From NCBI RefSeq assembly GCF_902652985.1, contig NC_047017.1:47058001-47122000 (forward strand): a stretch of DNA of 64,000 nucleotides, in the 5' to 3' direction. Positions 1 to 12,730 of the stretch are shown piece by piece. This DNA is from Pecten maximus. Its lineage: Eukaryota. A program made the translations under genes and the position numbers. Numbering within the stretch: the stretch's first letter is position 1; the number at the start of each line of letters is the position of its first letter. The notes below the pieces were generated by a model that was not told where the DNA came from, did not search any database, and saw only the letters and a program-made list of their open reading frames with translations.

Positions 1-3000
1 TTCCCCGTTTAAGAGATAACAAAATAACATTTCAATGGTCCATAGTCTGTATTAAAATGCATTTTCTCGTGCAAGCTATCAAGATAGTCGATAAGTTTTA
101 TAAGCAATTAATTGTGATGTAGAATCATGTTCTGTTTTTGAAATACATATTTAAAAATTATGATTTGAAAAATTTTGATTTGAAAATTTTAATTTGAAAA
201 ACATTTTAATTTGAAAATAAAATGATAACGTTATAAAGTGTTCATCCATAAAATGATATTAATTTTCTAATTATAAGGAATGTCTTTTTCGATTTCGCAC
301 AAACTACGACGCTCAGTTACGTTTGCAGATAGAATGCGTCCTTAATTGAACATGCATTATATTGATTATTCGAATTGTTTCGAGGAAGAGCATTAGTTCT
401 GACTTGTTTAGTCAAGCAAAATTTCATATTTTCGTTGTGTTGCCTTTGATTATGTTAATACTAATGTTACATTAAACCTACCCATTAATGTAAAATAGAT
501 TATTCCTGATAGCATTTTGTATGTTAATATTGTTTACATAGGTTTGACTTTGTGATGCGGTCTTTATTGTTTTCCTTGACCACTGCCTCTGGTCACCGTC
601 TGGTTTCCAAGATGGTGTAATTAAACCATTTGACAAATTTGAAAATTGGATATCAGCATTTCGCATCAATAGCGTATTTATGAAATGACGATAAGTGAGT
701 GTAAACTATTATCATAAATAACGGGTTCTTTTGTTGTTTGCTGGTTAATAGGGCGCAGAGGTTGAGTGTAAGTGGAAGAAGACATGGTCACAAAAAGAAG
801 GACCTAGGGCCAAATAACAGCCGGCGGAGGTTTAGATAGACGAATAATTATCGTATCGTAACGACTCACTTATCAGCGATCAGTCTTGACGCTGTGATTG
901 TATGGGTCAATTTAAACACTTCATCCGCATACGTGGAAGTCACAAATAGGTTCCTAAATGGTATTCATGAAAGGCTATTTAATGACAACGATTGTCCGAC
1001 AATTTGTTCATAACATGCTCAAGCTGGAGGGCTGCTGGACAATATCAACTTGTCATGTATATGGTGTCCAAGTTAAGGCCCCAGGATAAAATATAAGAAA
1101 GTCGTAAAGAGTTCTAATGGTCTTTTGAAATTTTACATATAATAATGATCATCGCCCAATCTGCTGTTGACGTGTCCAGGCTCGGTGTCGCGGACTTTCC
1201 CACAGGAAGACTGGTGAGAGATTCGTCCTCAGGTCAAGAAGATAGTATCAGAAATAAATGCTTGATCATTGACGGACAACATTTACTGAATGGCGTTAAC
1301 GTCTATATCAGTATCACGACAGAATTTTATATAGATTTGAGTTATATGATAGTATTATATCTCTTGTTCTGTCCTGTCACTGGTCAATACTTCGTTATTA
1401 AATAGAATTCCGTAAATTACACGTCAAAAGACATTAACATTTTTAAGTGACTTAAATAACTTTCTCATGATATAAATATGTGAAAAATCGTTAAATTAGA
1501 AAACCACAAACCATCTACCAACCACAGGTTCAAGGAGCGATAGATTAGGGTTTCTCCTGTGTCCATCCATGTAGTGTAAACGAACTCCCGACTACATACT
1601 AATAACGCTTATAACGCATCCTACTATGATTTGTAATGTTTAAATTAATAACGAAACGATCGCTACCATTTATTAATTGGAAAACGTGTTCATGATCAAA
1701 TTTCAGTTTCTTGACATGGGTGTTTATAGCCGTCTTATAGATATTCCTATATTGTTGGTTAATAAGAATAAACCAACGTGTCGCTTTACAAGGTATGACT
1801 TGGAAACACTGTGTAGGCCACAGGAAGGACCTGTTCAGTAGATGTTAGTGCTCCTCTGAGATGTCACCCGTGTCCTCCATTTAAAGGATCATCTTTTTAA
1901 GGAATCTTATATTCGCGCTAATTAATACTTAAACACGTTTTAAAACAAGTTAGGGTGTAAATGTCTCACTATGTCCCGGTGATAAAGACGACAAGGGATA
2001 GGTACGATGGTACGATCTAAAGACGTCTGCCTTAGGATGTACAAACTAGACATTAACGGAATTAATTACGGCTACCGGCTACACTTTCTCGGAACTAAAT
2101 TCGAAGAAAACCACCTTATTCAGCTATAATCTAAATTATTCAAAACTGATACACGTATCCAACTCTGCTTTATTTTCTTACTTACTTTTTTTTCATAAAT
2201 GTACTTTTATGAGTTAATTGCAAATTATGTTGCATTATAACTTGCCCACACTCACGAGTCGATGTTATGATGTATGATGTCCAGTTTGGCTCGGGGTATA
2301 AATCGAGCCTTAGGATATTCACTATTCACATGACTATGTGTCGAATCAAGAGAACAGTAAACAATATGATAGCCCGTGACACCGAAGTGTTTTTTCACGT
2401 GAATATAAATAAAACATAGTAATAAAAACAGTTTAACCACGTGTTTGACATAAGGTACAGGTGGAAGTGTCATAAACTTATAAATATTGACGTAATTAGA
2501 CTGTGACACGGATATATCTACTACGTGATCTATACATATATATGATACTAGACTAGATACCATATCTACATCTCAGATAAACATGTTGTTCAAATTATAC
2601 TCACTTAAAGTGTAACAAAGCTATTACAACCTAAAGATAATAGGGTGACATCCCTGCCTGTGAGGCCTAAACCTAACACATGTCAAAATTGGTGGAAATT
2701 GTTCATGCGTGACATTTTCAGCCAAAATAATGGACACAGTAACGATAATTGTTTTTACGATCAAATTGTTTCTAATACGATTGTGCAAAAGACACCAAGA
2801 CACAAAAAGACGCAATATATTCCAGCACATCTTAGGTACAATTCGGGAGTAAGATGCAGAAGAGCCTGAAATGAAACAACGACATCGTACAGCTGTGGTA
2901 CAGATCTCTTTGAATATAAAGTGGCCAAAATATCAAGACTGGTCGATATGTCCCTGTTCATCGAACACGTAAAGTTATACAATGATGTACTAACATAAGT

Positions 3001-3725
3001 AACACAATGATGTGGAATCGCAAATCTTTGCATCTTTCGTTCATGAGGTAAAGGCAGACGTCTAATATTACTAGTAAACAGTATATCATCTCATTTCTCT
3101 TGTACATATACATGTATTGTAAATTCATAGGAGATTTCGGAAAACAAGTATCTCATTCTTTTGATAAAAAAAATGTCATTTGTCGTGAAATTATATAAGT
3201 AACATTTATGACGGATTAGAATAATGTTGCCGCTCATATTTTCCTTGTGTTTTTACCAAAGCCAATATATATATCGTTTGTTTGTTAGCTTGTCATTAAT
3301 GTCCAAAATTATACAGCTTAATATTTACATTTGTCTGGCATTGTCACTATGTAGTCTGTTTGAGAGCTCTGCCATTGATGTACGTTTAAATGCCATCCAT
3401 CACGCGCTACACTTATCAGCGTATTAATACAACACAAACCGGAACTACAATATCCAGGATAATTAAGGTTAACGACTAATTGTTTTGTCTACATTATTTG
3501 GTATTATAAATATGCCATTACGTTGATAATAAAATAATTAACAAAATTGAGTTTTTTTTTTTTTTTAATTTTCCATGTACCATTTTGTTTGCTAAAAAGC
3601 ACGCGACCATGTTCCGGCTGTTTCAACGACTGACAAAAAATCTGCTGACTATCGGTTAGGCGGGAATTATGAATTTTAAATATGAATTATAGCATTTAAG
3701 AAATAAAAAAGTAAAAGGAATGTAA

Positions 3726-3942
3726 ATTTAAGCGTTGAACTGTTTTTGTATGGTATGTATGATCTATTTGAATGCCAGAGCTTTGCAAGCAAACAAATCA
3801 TAATGTGCCAACGCACATTATGTTGTTTGCTTGCAAAGCTCTGGCATTCAAATATATACGCACTTTATGATTTGTTTGCTTGCAAAGCTCTGGCATTCAA
3901 ATAGATCATAAATACCATACAGAAACAGTTCAATGCTTAAAT
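3726..3942. mobile_element. Fold-back / MITE-like element with ~80-bp terminal inverted repeats
   Basis: ATTTAAGCGTTGAACTGTTTTTGTATGGTAT...GCAAACAAATCATAA is the near-perfect reverse complement of TTATGATTTGTTTGC...CAGTTCAATGCTTAAAT. An extra internal copy of part of the right arm lies at ~3812-3855. Confidence 0.7.
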
Positions 3943-5610
3943 ATATGTGGGTTTTTATTCAATACGTTAAAAAGGGTATAATATGATAGGTAAAAAAAGT
4001 AAACCAGGTCAGGATCACTATCAAATCGGGTGTCACATTGGAGGTTAATCCGTCATCATTTTAGGAGTAGAGTGTTGATATAATATACAGTTTGATATCA
4101 TAATCAACCATTATTGTTTCAAATCGGATAATTATTGTCACATGAAAGAGGTAAACATCAGAAAAAGACAGCAATTTACGCATCACCGTAAAGAAAACCG
4201 GAAGTAATGATTCCGATTTAAAGGGAGAAGTCGATGTTTAACGACTGTTCATCTTCCGGTTTTATTGATTTGTCGATAGAAAGCATTTAATTTTGAGTAT
4301 CTAATTATATATGGCGGCTTACTATTGATTACTGATACAATCCGCCAATGGAACTCTCTAGTTTCTAGCTGAACGTCATTTTAGCTGAAAACTTCAAAGT
4401 GCACAAGAGTAATGTGATTAAGCCTCCTCGGTCTCCGTCGTTGTTTAAACGTGGCCATGGCGTGCGTGAATGTACGAGCTGGACACGATTCCGTATAATA
4501 TGATTTAGGTCCAATTAACTTGCCAATATATTTAATAATGTGTATCTCCGGCACATCCACTTAGTCGCCACGTGCGACAACTGATCATCTGTTTTATTTA
4601 CGGCCGGGTGTTATCTCACAAGTATGTCGTGAGTTTTGTTGCTTTTCTGTAACATTGGTCTCAGTGGGGACCGGGGTCAGAGGTTAACGCGAAGGAATCC
4701 AGAGAGAGCTTATACTAGTTAATACTTAATTAGTTTAATATGGTGCAGGGGACAGTTGTATCGCAAACGATGTCTAGAATATCTGTTACATTTACAAATA
4801 ACATCCCACAAGCTGCTCTTCGTATATTTTAAGTGATCAGTGAAAAAGTGAGATATGTTGTCTTGATTGATCAGGGGACGATCTGGGTAACGGTTACCAG
4901 ATACACTGTTAGTAAAAAGGCGTCATTTAGTGACTGGCATGATACGTATTACAAAAGGCTGCTGAATACACAACAAGTGATAATCTATTTCTATGATATC
5001 AACTCGTATTTCGGTACTGGCATTTCTCCAAAGAAACAGTAAATCAGATATCGTTGATGGTACTTTTCATGTTATCGATGGAAAAACTGATTTTTTATTT
5101 CAAACTCTATCATTAGTATAAAGCGATTCGGAAGAAGGAATTTAGGTAACCTCTTCGTCAATAAACTGTATTGTCCTTAAGATCTTTCAAGTGTGTTTTA
5201 AGTGTATTAGTAACGAAACCGCTCAGCTTAATCTATTTTTTATTCATACAATGTAATATACAAATAAATACTATCAATATATCATTCTTTTAAATATTTG
5301 TATTGTTTTTGTGCAATGCCATGCAAGTGGTTTATAAAATTACACGTTGAATAGTCATAGTGCATTCCGATTTTTTATATTATAATTATGAACCATTTAT
5401 TAACATCAATATATAATAATGTTCAGCATATGTGCCACTCCAAATACATAAATGTATGTTTTAAATACTTGCGCAATCATTTAGTCTGCCAGGGGATTAA
5501 ACAACAAGAGAAAAACTTGGCAGGAGCAAAACTGTAAATTCCATATTAAAATCGATAACACGGGAGACAATATTTACACCGACATTATGAGGAAAATACA
5601 GGGAACATAA

Positions 5611-5684
5611 GACCACGTGTTAAAGCAGAATAAGCGTCTTAATCAGCTCGTCAATGACATCCGCCATGTAATTTAGGTCAAATC
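5611..5684 (+). mobile_element. Degenerate single-unit copy of the dispersed element that hosts the 30-bp arrays at 15.1 kb and 35.1 kb
   Basis: GACCACGTGTTAAAGCAGAATAAGCGTCTT resembles 15051-15079. GACATCCGCCATGTAATTTAGGTCAAATC resembles the 30-bp unit. Confidence 0.55.
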
Positions 5685-6354
5685 ATGTCTTCAAAATAAC
5701 AACAGGGGTTCTTTATCGTGGAATGTATAGAAAGGTTTGGGAAAGATTTAGAAATTCAATTTATTTAACCGTTTGAAGATCCGATTAACATACTTATTCA
5801 ACCAAAGTACACAGTCGTGATTTTATTATATATTCAAATTCAAATGTGTATTGCACAGTTATAATTACATAATTAATTTGATGGCGATACATCTACATGT
5901 ACAAACATACATTACAGTTTAACAATATAAGGTGAGTATCAGATTAACATGAATGAATAGCCAAGTTCTTCGTATACTCTCAGAGTTATTAGCTGACAAA
6001 ATGGTAATGTAGTTTCCATATTCTGATATAATCAATTTCATTTTATCGTGATACATTTTGCTAACGTGATCATATGAAGACATTTATAGAGAAAGTGGAT
6101 TTCTTTTTCAATAATATTACAATTTTTACAGACTCTTAATTGTCTTTGAATATGATTTAATTGACCACGGGTTAATTCACCGATTGACGCCGCTAATACT
6201 ATACTATATACATATGGTTACAGTTGATATTCATTCTAAAATTTCTAATACATAAATACATGAAGTTTATTATTTCATTAAGAGTTTTGTCGCTCCAGAT
6301 AAGACAATCATGAAATATGATTACGGTAATCCGTGGGGATTTACCTACAGAACG

Positions 6355-6670
6355 CATAATATCGATAAACTAGAAGACTATATTATAAATCACTTGTTAT
6401 ATATAATAAAATCGATAAACTAGAAGACTACATTATAAATCACTTGTTATATATAATAAAATCGATAAACTAGAAGACTATATTATAAATCACTTATTAT
6501 ATATAATAAAATCGATAAACTAGAAGACTACATTATAAATCATTTGTTATATATAATAATATGGATCAACTAGAAGACTACATTATAAATAACTTGCTAT
6601 ATATAATAACATTGATAAACTAGAATACTATATTATAAATCACTTGTTTTATATAATAACATTGGTAAAT
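6355..6670. repeat. 50-bp tandem repeat, ~6 copies
   Basis: ATCGATAAACTAGAAGACTAYATTATAAATCACTTGTTATATATAATAAA recurs at 6361, 6411, 6461, 6511, 6561 and 6611. Confidence 0.95.
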
Positions 6671-7035
6671 ACAGAATATAGTTTTGTTGTGTGGTTGATT
6701 CATTTTAACAGATCATGCATCACTTTCCCCTCTGCTAAATTTTCCTTCGTGAATCGTTCGACACGGATATTAATTTTTCTGTATTATCATGCTGCTGATG
6801 GGTCAGTAATGACGAGCATGTGTTACAGTAAACTGTTTAATAGTTTGACCATCCGTGTTTAAAACGCGTTGCTCTGTAACTACAGAACTACATTTCCAAA
6901 ATAACAAGGAGGCTAGAAATACCCCGCAATGAGTAAGATAAGTTAAATATAAACGGCAATGTGTATTGATTTCTTTTATTCCTTTGTTACTGTCGCTTTA
7001 TACAAATATTCATTTCCTTTGGTAGATTTGGTATT

Positions 7036-7792
7036 AACCAAGCTTAAAGCATTCTTAAATACCGACACTCACTCTGTCCCTAAACACTATTACTACTGCA
7101 ATAGCAGACACGGTCAAATTCATCATGCAAGGCTTCGAATGAACTGCAGCTCTTTAAACAATCACCTGTTTTAGACGAAATTTAGTTGATAGTCCTCTTT
7201 GTTCATGTAAATTGTCTTCTGAAACTACTGAACATTTTCTCCTCCATTGCCCTAACCATCAACAGCTTAGAATCCAATGCTTTAGTCATCTACCCTCCAA
7301 CTATAATGTTAACATCTTACTCTATGACAATCAAGAAATACCAGATAACATGAACGAAATTATTTTTGATTGTGTACAAAGTTTCATCTGTCAGTCTAGA
7401 CGCTTCTAAAATTCAAAATTACATCATTTTTTTATGTACTTATTATAAGTTAATGTACTAATACTTAGTTACTTCATACAATATGCACAGACCCAATGCC
7501 CCCTCTTCATATACGGAATTCGATGAATAAATCTGCGCTTGTCCTACCTTCACCGTAAGCATTATCCCCAGCCCCTTTCAATCCCCTGCACCCTTTCTCT
7601 TTATATTCCATGCACATGTTAAAATGTAATTAAATGCTCTATGATATTATGGTCAGTACTGTTCCATAGCTACTTTATGTCTACAAGGATACAGATTTAC
7701 ATAAGTACTTAGTACTTGTTTCTGAATCCTTTTTGAAATTATATTGTATATATTATATTGCCATGTACTATTGAATGAAATAAAGTTTAAAC
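7036..7792 (+). mobile_element. 5'-truncated non-LTR retrotransposon (CR1/L2-like LINE 3' end) with 13-bp TSD
   Basis: Frameshifted ORF2 C-terminus HARLRMNCSSLNNHLF/RRNLVDSPLCSCKLSSETTEHFLLHCP with a C-x-C...H-x4-C knuckle; stop at 7409. 3' UTR ends GAAATAAAGTTTAAAC. Flanked by TAGATTTGGTATT at 7023-7035 and 7793-7805. Confidence 0.88.
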
Positions 7793-8997
7793 TAGATTTG
7801 GTATTTGAATATTTGTCCAAAAGCACAGAATTACGACTGCTGCAATTTCCAAACGTCTTGAAGTAAAATCAGGTATCACCTTCTTCACTCTTATTTCAAG
7901 GATATAACGAAGACTTTATTACTATTTTTATACATTGTTCTCTCCTTTCAATCTTTGGGTCATATATCGGGGTGGTCAGTGTCACTCTCACACATTTCGG
8001 ACACTGGACACTGTCTTAGATATTAATCTTTATAAAATTTAATCAGCGCTGTGGCTTCGCGTTTCCACATCATAAGGCGCCTTAAACTGGCTGTCTTTGT
8101 TGCTCTGAGTGTCAGAGTCAGCTTGGTGTACAGATATGTCCACACATTCGCTCGTGGAACGTAGTACAAATCTCCGGAATTATCAGATCATGTCAAAACC
8201 TCGTCAACAATTCGTGAGTAACTGACCGCTTCCCGTGACAAAATCGGATAAGCTAGCCCCTTATCGTTACAACTTCGATCGTCTATGAAGATGTGTTAGC
8301 TACATCTAAGAAGGAAAATACTGATTGAAATACTTCAATGCCTAAATTATGAATTAATTTAATCAATGATGCGAACTAAATGATTTTATAGTATAGGAGT
8401 TACATGTTAGTACGTTGTTTGACAAAACAATAAGTTATAAAGAATCTCCTGAGTTCCAGCGTAAGATGACAATACTGTTATTGATTTGACACTTCTGAAT
8501 CTAAACACTATTTTGTCGAATACCACCTATCTAAATACACAGCCGCATTATCGGACGTTAAGTATCTTTTTCTGAAATTCTATTCTTCGTTTTTCTGGCT
8601 TGGAACACCCATAGATTTGAAAATGATAGCTTCGTCTTGTCCAAACAAGCCCGGGGAGCCTGTGGCCGGAGACTGGCACCGACGCTTGACCAGTGATGTG
8701 TCTAAGATGGTCACTAAATTGTAACGTATAAACGAATTAAATTCGGAGTCAACCTCACTCATCCTGCTAATGCTAGCTAATGCGTTCTCTATATCAATAT
8801 TTACTTTTACTTCAGGTATAGATATAGTCTATTGTCCGCGGAAATTGACAAGGTATGTGGTCACACTCCGGACAGGTACGCTTTTCTCATTTCTATCGAC
8901 TTACTTAGCAATGATAATGGGACATCTTACTTACAAAACATACAATTTTGACCTAGTTACTGAGAAAACATAACTGAAATCCTTATATGTTAAATTG

Positions 8998-9173
8998 GCG
9001 TTTTCTTTTTTCATAAGTAACGTCACTATAATATATAATAAATAAAAAACACTCTTTTCTTTATTCATGAATAAACATCACTACAATACATGTAGATAAT
9101 AAGTAAAATACACCGTTTTCTTTATTCATAAGTAACGTCACTATAGTATATCACATATGGAAGAACACCGTTT
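8998..9173. repeat. Degenerate ~57-bp tandem repeat, ~3 copies
   Basis: CGTTTTCTTTATTCATAAGTAACGTCACTATA-like block repeated. Confidence 0.7.
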
Positions 9174-9224
9174 GACAAAACCAGCATGCTGCGAGGGCTG
9201 ATGGCTACATGTCCGTCCGCTGCA

Positions 9225-11158
9225 CATCTATGTCAACTGACCCCTCACTCTGTCACACTTCTATGTCACCTGGTCCCTCAATCTGTCACACTTCTATGTC
9301 ACCTGGTCCCTCACTCTGTCACACTTCTATGTCACATTACCCCTCACTCTGTCACACTTCTATGTCACCTGGTCCCTCACTCTGTCACACTTCTATGTCA
9401 CATGACCCCTCACTCTGTCCCACTTATATGTCACTTAGTCCTCACTCTGTCACACTTCTATGTCATCTGACCCCTCACTCTGTCACACTTCTATGTCACA
9501 TGACCCCTCATTCTGTCCCACTTATATGTCACTTAGTCCTCACTCTGTAACACTTCTATGTCACCTGGTCCCTCACTCTGTCACACTTCTATGTCACCTG
9601 GTCCCTCACTCTGTCACACTTCTATGTTACCTGACCCCTCACTCTGTCACACTTCTATGTCACCTGGTCCCTCACTCTGTCACACTTCTATGTCACCTGG
9701 TCCCTCACTCTGTCACACTTCTATGTCACCTGGTCCCTCACTCTGTCACACTTCTTTGTCACCTGACCCCTCACTCTGTCACACTTCTGTGTCACCTGGT
9801 CCCTCACTCTGTCACACTTCTATGTCACCTGGTCCCTCACTCTGTCACACTTCTATGTCACCTGGTCCCTCACTCTGTCACACTTATATCTCACATGACC
9901 CCTCACTCTGTCATACTTCTATGTCACCTGGTCCCTCACTCTGTCACACTTCTATGTCACCTGGTCCCTCACTTTGTCACACTTCTATGTCACCTGACCC
10001 CTCACTCTGTCACACTTCTATGTCATCTGACCCCTCACTCTGTCACACTTCTATGTTACCTGACCCCTCACTCTGTCACACTTCTATGTCACCTGGTTCC
10101 TCACTCTGTCACACTTCTATGTTACCTGACCCCTCACTCTGTCACACTTCTATGTTACCTGACCCCTCACTCTGTCACACTTCTATGTCACCTGGTTCCT
10201 CACTCTGTCACACTTCTATGTTACCTGACCCCTCACTCTGGCACACTTCTATGTCACCTGGTCCCTCACTCTGTCACACTTATATGTCACTTAGTCCCTC
10301 ACTCTGTCACACTTCTATGTCACCTGGTCCCTCACTCTGTCACACTTCTATGTCACCTGGTCCCTCACTCTGTCACACTTATATGTCACATTACCCCTCA
10401 CTCTGTCACACTTATATGTCACCTGGTCCCTCACTCTGTCACACTTATATGTCACTTAGTCCCTCATTCTGTCACACTTCTATGTCACCTGGTCCCTCAC
10501 TCTGTCACACTTCTATGTCACCTGACCCCTCACTCTGTCACACTTCTATGTCACCTGGTCCCTCACTCTGTCACACTTCTATGTCACCTGAACCCTCACT
10601 CTGTCACACTTCTATGTTACCTGACCCCTCACTCTGTCACACTTCTATGTCACCTGATCCCTCACTCTATCACACTTCTATGTCACCTGGACCCTCACTC
10701 TGTCACACTTCTATGTCACCTGGTCCCTCACTCTGTCACACTTCTATGTCACCTGGTCCCTCACTCTGTCACACTTCTATGTCACCTGGTCCCTCACTCT
10801 GTCACACTTCTATGTCACATTACCCCTCACTCTGTCACACTTCTATGTCACCTGTACCCTCACTCTGTCACACTTCTATGTCACCTGGTCCCTCACTCTG
10901 TCACACTTCTATGTCACCTGGTCCCTCACTCTGTCACACTTCTATGTCACATTACCCCTCACTCTGTCACACTTCTATGTCACCTGGTCCCTCACTCTGT
11001 CACACTTCTATGTCACCTGGTCCCTCACTCTGTCACACTTCTATGTCACCTGGTCCCTCACTCTGTCACACTTCTATGTCACATTACCCCTCACTCTGTC
11101 ACACTTCTATGTCACCTGGACCCTCACACTGTCACACTTCTATGTCACCTGACCCCTC
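9225..11158. repeat. 33-bp minisatellite, ~58 copies (one further unit at 11901-11938)
   Basis: Unit CTGGTCCCTCACTCTGTCACACTTCTATGTCAC; produces the spurious 11-aa-repeat ORFs. Confidence 0.98.
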
Positions 11159-11900
11159 TACTCCTATAACATAAGAGGCCGCTGGTCGGCTCTTTTTCTA
11201 TCGGATATTATTTTGCCGACTGCGACCTCTTATTTCCGAAGCACTAATTCTTTGATGCAGTTTCCGCCCGAAATCCGGGCGCAACGAAATATGCTTGAAA
11301 AAAACACTTAAGAGGTTGACAGGTCATTACAACGATGTCTACGTATCATGTATGCAATATATGTCCCATATGTATGTCACAGACACAAATATATAGTATA
11401 ATACGGTGTAGAACACACAAAATACATGCCCATGTCGTTGTAGCACTTTTCTAGTCGTTTTTAAAAATGGCTGCCTAAAGGTTGATACAAAATAGTTTTG
11501 TTTATTTCAAACGGAACGAAATGATACGGACTTTGTTGTATTCCGCTTGTAGGACATAGGTTGTAATCCATTTTTGTATTAACCGGCAACTCACGTGGTA
11601 TTTCTACTATCACTACCGGCAGTATTGTCTGCTTGAGCTCTGCTCCGCTTCGGAAGAAGAAAACTTTATAATTTGTGTTTGTTACGAAATTATTCTCATT
11701 TAATCATTGGATTATGGAAAGAAATATATATTGCACCCCGTTGATCATTTAAATGTAAGTTGACACGCTATATTTTTTCACTATACGAACGTTGAAAATT
11801 TCATCGTCAGCATCGGGAAAATCAGCTATGGGCAGTTAGAGGTTACACGGCGCCTGTCAAAAGTATCTCGCCGTGTAAAACCTCTAACATTGTTGGAGTA
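11159..11900. mobile_element. Non-autonomous DNA element, ~740 bp, with imperfect 20-bp TIRs and an apparent 10-bp TSD
   Basis: Left end TACTCCTATAACATAAGAGG; right end reverse complement TACTCCAACAATGTTAGAGG. CTGACCCCTC flanks both sides (11149-11158 and 11901-11910). No ORF. Confidence 0.75.
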
Positions 11901-12001
11901 CTGACCCCTCACTCTGCACACTTCTGTGCCACTTGGTCTCATGATTGCCAGGCAAAATTATATTGGCTCAGAGTCAAGATGTATATCCATATATATAACT
12001 T

Positions 12002-12116
12002 GATTCGGTTTGTTCGGTTATCGCCCCGTGAACAGCCATCGACATTCTGAGGTGGGGTATCCATGTAGTTTGTCACTATCTCACTGGACAACATACGGGA
12101 TGCCCGTCACATGCCA
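12002..12116 (-). mobile_element. 3' body and tail of a tRNA-derived SINE (internally deleted)
   Basis: Minus strand ends CACCTCAGAATGTCGATGGCTGTTCACGGGGCGATAACCGAACAAACCGAATCA, similar to the tail at 36136-36195. It directly follows the tRNA-like head array. Confidence 0.6.
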
Positions 12117-12730
12117 CCGGTACTCTAATAGACTGAGCTATTGCGGCCCTCTCGACCGAGGTTACGAGGCCGGTACTCTAATAGACTGAGCTATCGCGGC
12201 CCTCTCGACCGAGGTTACATGACCGGTACTCTAATAGACTGAGCTATTGCGGCCCTCTCGACCGAGGTTACATGACCGGTACTCTAATAGACTGAGCTAT
12301 CGCGGCCCTCTCGACCGAGGTTACGTGACCGGTACTCTAATAGACTGAGCTATCGCGGCCCTCTCGACCGAGGTTACGTGACCGGTACTCTAATAGACTG
12401 AGCTATTGCGGCCCTCTCGACCGAGGTTACGTGGCCGGTACTCTAATAGACTGAGATATTGCGGCCCTCTCGACGGAGGTTACGTGGCCGGTACTCTAAC
12501 CGACTAAGCTATTGCGGCCCTCTCGACCGAGGTTACGTGGCCGGTACTCTAACCGACTGAGCTATTGTGGCCCTCTCGACCGAGGTTACGTGACCGGTAC
12601 TCTAAGCGACTGAGCTATTGCGGCCCTCTCGACCGAGGTTACGCGGTCGACGCTGTTAGTGACTGAGCTATTGCGGCCCTCTCGACCATGGTTACGCGGT
12701 CGACGCTGTTAGTGACTGAGCTATTGCGGT
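12117..12730 (-). repeat. 53-bp tandem repeat (~11.5 copies) of a tRNA 5' half / SINE head
   Basis: Minus-strand unit GAGAGGGCCGCRATAGCTCAGTCGGTTAGAGTACCGGYCACGTAACCTCGGTC contains a Pol III A-box/D-arm and an anticodon-arm-like stem; no B-box. Confidence 0.9.

Noticed and set aside
9186-11174. 569-aa and 538-aa ORFs with 11-aa repeats
   Set aside because: Coextensive with a 33-bp tandem array that is open in two frames; no unique domain or splice context
12117-12730. tRNA gene cluster or CRISPR array
   Set aside because: Units lack the T-arm/B-box and 3' acceptor strand. Repeats are contiguous with no unique spacers, there are no cas genes, and the context is eukaryotic.
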